Below are positions 60,611 through 64,000 of a stretch of 64,000 nucleotides of DNA, piece by piece. Where the stretch lies: positions 96,001 to 160,000 of the forward strand of contig CBDCZH010000016.1 in assembly GCA_965224485.1 (NCBI GenBank). The letters are read 5' to 3'. The translations under genes and the position numbers were made by a program. This stretch comes from Arcobacteraceae bacterium. GTDB lineage: Bacteria > Campylobacterota > Campylobacteria > Campylobacterales > Arcobacteraceae. The notes under the pieces were generated by a model. It did no database searches and had not been told where the DNA came from. It worked only from the letters and a program-made list of their open reading frames with translations. Positions within the stretch are counted from its first letter, which is position 1. Each line of letters begins with the position of its first letter.

Positions 60611-61889
60611 AGATGCCAATAAATTACAATTTATAAAATATAATACTATTGGCAAGCATAAAACTTTATATTTTGATTATACCGCCTCAGGTCTAGCTTT
60701 TAGGAATATAGAGAATAGAATATATGATGTACTTACAACATATGCGAATACTCATTCTAAAGAGTCTTCAATGGCTTCTAAAACTCATAATTATTATGAA
60801 CAAGCACTAAGCAGTTTAAAAACTAGCTTAGAGCTTAAAGAAGAATTTGAAGTTATTCCAACAGGTTGTGGGGCTACTGCTGCTATTAAAAAGTTTCAAG
60901 AACTTTTAGGTCTTTATATTCCACCAGCAAGCTTAAAAAGACTTGCTTTAAATATAGATAAAAGTAAACTTCCTTTAGTAATAGTTGGGCCTTATGAGCA
61001 TCATTCAAATGAAGTTTCCTATAGAGAGGCTTTATGTGAAACTATAAGAATTACTTTAAATGAAGAAGGGTTGATTGATTTAATTCAACTTGAAAAAGTT
61101 TTAAAACAAAACCAACATAGAGAACTAATAGGTTCTTTTTGTACTGCTTCAAATGTAACAGGAATAATAACTTGTTATAAAGATATTTCAAAACTTTTAC
61201 GAAAATATAATGCTTTGGTGTGTTTTGATGCAGCAGCTTCTTCTTCTTATATGAATATAGATTGTTCTTATTATGATGTAATGTATTTATCACCTCATAA
61301 GTTATTAGGAGGCCCTGGTTCTTGTGGACTTTTAGTTATAAACAGAAAACTAATTGACTTATCTCTTTCTCCTACATTTGCAGGAGGAGGAACTGTTACT
61401 TATGTTAGTAGAAGTACTCAAGAGTATGAAAAAAATATAAGCGCTAGAGAAACACCTGGAACTCCTGGTATTTTACAGCTAATAAAAGCAGCCCTAGCAT
61501 ATCAGTTAAGAAATGAAATTGGTTTTGATTTTATTTTGAGCAAAAAAGAAGAAGGTTTATCATATTTTATTAAAAATATAAAAAAAATACCTTCATGTAT
61601 TATATATGGAAATGAACAAGCAAAAAATATTGGAATAGTATCTTTTAATATAGGAGAACTAGACCCTTATATTCTTTGTGACATGATGTCAAATGATTCT
61701 GGTATTCAAACAAGAGCAGGATGTTCATGTGCAGGGCCTTATGGTCACGATTTATTAGGATTAAAAGATCAAAAAAGCCTAGGTAAACAACCAGGTTGGT
61801 TAAGAATTTCTATTCACTACTCTCAAACAAAAGAAGAAATCGATACTTTAATAAACTCATTGAAGTCTTCTATTACAAAACTTACTTAA
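60579..61889 (+). CDS. class V PLP aminotransferase / cysteine desulfurase-like
   Basis: DYTASG, EHHSN, SPHKLLGGPG, RAGCSCAGPY. Confidence 0.88.
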   Translation: MKNLFRPFLSEDANKLQFIKYNTIGKHKTLYFDYTASGLAFRNIENRIYDVLTTYANTHSKESSMASKTHNYYEQALSSLKTSLELKEEFEVIPTGCGATAAIKKFQELLGLYIPPASLKRLALNIDKSKLPLVIVGPYEHHSNEVSYREALCETIRITLNEEGLIDLIQLEKVLKQNQHRELIGSFCTASNVTGIITCYKDISKLLRKYNALVCFDAAASSSYMNIDCSYYDVMYLSPHKLLGGPGSCGLLVINRKLIDLSLSPTFAGGGTVTYVSRSTQEYEKNISARETPGTPGILQLIKAALAYQLRNEIGFDFILSKKEEGLSYFIKNIKKIPSCIIYGNEQAKNIGIVSFNIGELDPYILCDMMSNDSGIQTRAGCSCAGPYGHDLLGLKDQKSLGKQPGWLRISIHYSQTKEEIDTLINSLKSSITKLT

Positions 61890-61978
61890 ATATTTAGCAC
61901 TTTATTCATGTTGTAACTTTCTAGTAACTTTTTAAAATTATAATAAATAACATTTAATTTTTACAAAGGACTTACAAA

Positions 61979-63796
61979 ATGAATAAAAGTGCACTTACTC
62001 TATCAGCCGCTGTTGCTGCAGTTCTATTTACTGCCTGTACAAAAAACGAGATTTCTAAAAATGATTTACCAGCTCAAAATCATAAAATCTCTTTTCAAGA
62101 AGTTTCTGTTCCTAATAGCGAAATGGAAAAAAGAGAGATTAGAGCTTCAAGTGAAATGACACTTGATGGAAAGACTCATAAAATTTCTTTTAATACAATT
62201 TTACGTTCTGGTGAAAAAGTAGGAGATGGTGTATATGGTATGATTTTTGATTCTAAGGGTCAACCTATTTATTCTGATGATGGAGCTATAAAAGTTTCAA
62301 ACTCAAATGATTTTGCATCACTTTTACCTATTGGTGATAAATTATTTATGGTTTCTCAATTTGAAACAAGACCTGCTGCTATGTATTTAACTGAATTACA
62401 GCAAGATAAAGATGGTAAATTAAAAGCAATTAGTACTAAAAATATAGACTTTTCAGCTTTTAATGGATTATGGGTGCCTTGTGCTGGTTCTGTTACCCCT
62501 TGGAATTCTCACTTAGGAAGTGAAGAGTATGAGCCTAATGCCGCTAAAGTTAAAGCAAATGGTTCTATTAATGATTATTATGATGCCATGGCTGATTATT
62601 ATGGTGGAGATTTAAAAGCACTTAATCCTTATGATTATGGTTGGACTCCTGAGGTTAAAGTACTAAATGAAAAAGGTGATGTAGAAGTACAAAAGCATTA
62701 TGCAATGGGAAGATTTGCTCATGAATTAGCTTATGTTATGCCTGATGAGAAAACTGTATTTTTAAGTGATGATGGAACAAATGTTGCTTTATTTATGTTT
62801 GTTGCTGATAAAAAAAGAGACTTAAGTGCTGGTACTTTATATGCTGCTAAATGGGAGCAAAGAAACAACAAAGGAGCGGGAAGTGCAGATATCAAATGGG
62901 TTAATTTAGGTCACTCAAGTAATAGCTCTATTAAAGCTGCTTTAGATAAAAAATTAACTTTTAGCGATATTTTTGATGTTTCAAGTCCAAATAACAATAC
63001 CTGTTCAGATTCTTTTACTTCAATTAATACAACTATGGGTAATGAATGTTTAAAAATCAAAGATGGAATGGAAGAGATTGCATCAAGATTAGAATCTAGA
63101 AGATATGCTGCTATTAAAGGAGCTACTACTGAGTTTAGAAAAATGGAAGGTATTTCATATAATAAAAATGAAAATATTTTATATCTTGGTATGAGCTCTA
63201 TTGGTAAGGGTATGGAAGATATGAAGAAAAAAGGAAAAGATAACGATAAGTATGATAAAGGTGGAAATAATGATATAAGACTAAACTATAATCCTTGTGG
63301 TGCTGTTTATTCACTTAATATGACTACTTTTTCAACTCCTCATGATTTATCTGGCAAAAAAATATCTTCTTCTTTTGTTCCTAATTCTATGTACTCACTA
63401 GTTGAAGGTTTTGTAGATAAATCAATTAGCGGAAATAAATGTTCTGTTACGTCTTTAGCAAACCCTGATAATATAACTTTTATACCTAATACAAAAACAC
63501 TAATTATTGGGGAAGATACAGGTTCTGGTCATCAAAATGATTATATCTGGTCTTATAACTTAGAGAATAAAAAACTAACAAGAATTCTAACTACTCCTTA
63601 TGGTTCAGAAACTACATCTCCTTATTATTATAATAATATCAAAGGTCATGGTTATTTAATGACAGTAGTGCAACATCCTTATGGTGAAGGTGATGCTTTA
63701 ACTAAAGAGAAAGATATGTTAGATAAGGCAAATAATGCAAATGAAACAAGAGCTTATACAGGATATGTAGGTCCGTTACCTGTTATTAGTAAATAA
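61979..63796 (+). CDS. phoX: PhoX family (DUF839) alkaline phosphatase, lipoprotein
   Basis: FTAC lipobox; CAGSVTPW..HL.SEE, GRFAHE, KMEG, NPDN, IGED, SETT, VQHP. Confidence 0.85.
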   Translation: MNKSALTLSAAVAAVLFTACTKNEISKNDLPAQNHKISFQEVSVPNSEMEKREIRASSEMTLDGKTHKISFNTILRSGEKVGDGVYGMIFDSKGQPIYSDDGAIKVSNSNDFASLLPIGDKLFMVSQFETRPAAMYLTELQQDKDGKLKAISTKNIDFSAFNGLWVPCAGSVTPWNSHLGSEEYEPNAAKVKANGSINDYYDAMADYYGGDLKALNPYDYGWTPEVKVLNEKGDVEVQKHYAMGRFAHELAYVMPDEKTVFLSDDGTNVALFMFVADKKRDLSAGTLYAAKWEQRNNKGAGSADIKWVNLGHSSNSSIKAALDKKLTFSDIFDVSSPNNNTCSDSFTSINTTMGNECLKIKDGMEEIASRLESRRYAAIKGATTEFRKMEGISYNKNENILYLGMSSIGKGMEDMKKKGKDNDKYDKGGNNDIRLNYNPCGAVYSLNMTTFSTPHDLSGKKISSSFVPNSMYSLVEGFVDKSISGNKCSVTSLANPDNITFIPNTKTLIIGEDTGSGHQNDYIWSYNLENKKLTRILTTPYGSETTSPYYYNNIKGHGYLMTVVQHPYGEGDALTKEKDMLDKANNANETRAYTGYVGPLPVISK

Positions 63797-63810
63797 GGCT
63801 TAACAAAAGA

Positions 63811-64000
63811 ATGTTAAGAAAAATACAATTCGTGGCAGTACTTTTAAGTACTGCCAGCCTTCTTGCTTTTGAAGTGGATTTAAGAAATACAAACTTATAT
63901 AATGAAACAGCATATATCTCTAGTCAATGTTATACAAAAACTATTGATGAAAACAATGAGAATATCTTACATAATCCCTGCTTTTCCTGTCATACAAAAA
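63811..64000 (+). CDS. exported protein with CxxCH heme motif (partial)
   Basis: MLRKIQFVAVLLSTASLLA signal peptide...SQCYTKT...NPCFSCH; runs off the window. Confidence 0.7.
   Translation, partial: MLRKIQFVAVLLSTASLLAFEVDLRNTNLYNETAYISSQCYTKTIDENNENILHNPCFSCHTK

Overview
AT-rich chromosomal window from an Arcobacteraceae (Campylobacterota) bacterium, judged from the 16S V1 region and the gene content. 1-43 kb is mostly core genome: dnaE end, surE, peptidoglycan peptidases, moaC, rpsU, an ABC transporter, two tandem rRNA operons (only one carries tRNA-Ile/Ala), secG, frr, pyrE, ung and rof, plus a Ni-superoxide dismutase cluster and an oleate hydratase. About 44.5-51.07 kb is a decaying accessory/defence island. 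It holds a dense stack of intact and broken toxin-antitoxin modules and a retron that the ORF track does not show. The retron comprises a promoter, a complete msr/msd-like ncRNA (12-bp a1/a2 arms, candidate branching G, two short hairpins, a perfect 30-bp stem) and a ~350-aa reverse transcriptase split by two compensating frameshifts in A7 runs. It is preceded by a broken PD-(D/E)XK-like nuclease gene and bounded by a 141-bp palindromic MITE-like element. 53-62 kb is a sulfate-assimilation operon (metY, rrf2, cysK, DUF2061, cysH, cysD, cysN, sulfite reductase, class V aminotransferase) in which both neighbours of cysK end in CysK-binding-like Y-x-I tails. It is followed by phoX and a partial c-type cytochrome gene. 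All family assignments come from motif recognition; no database search was run.
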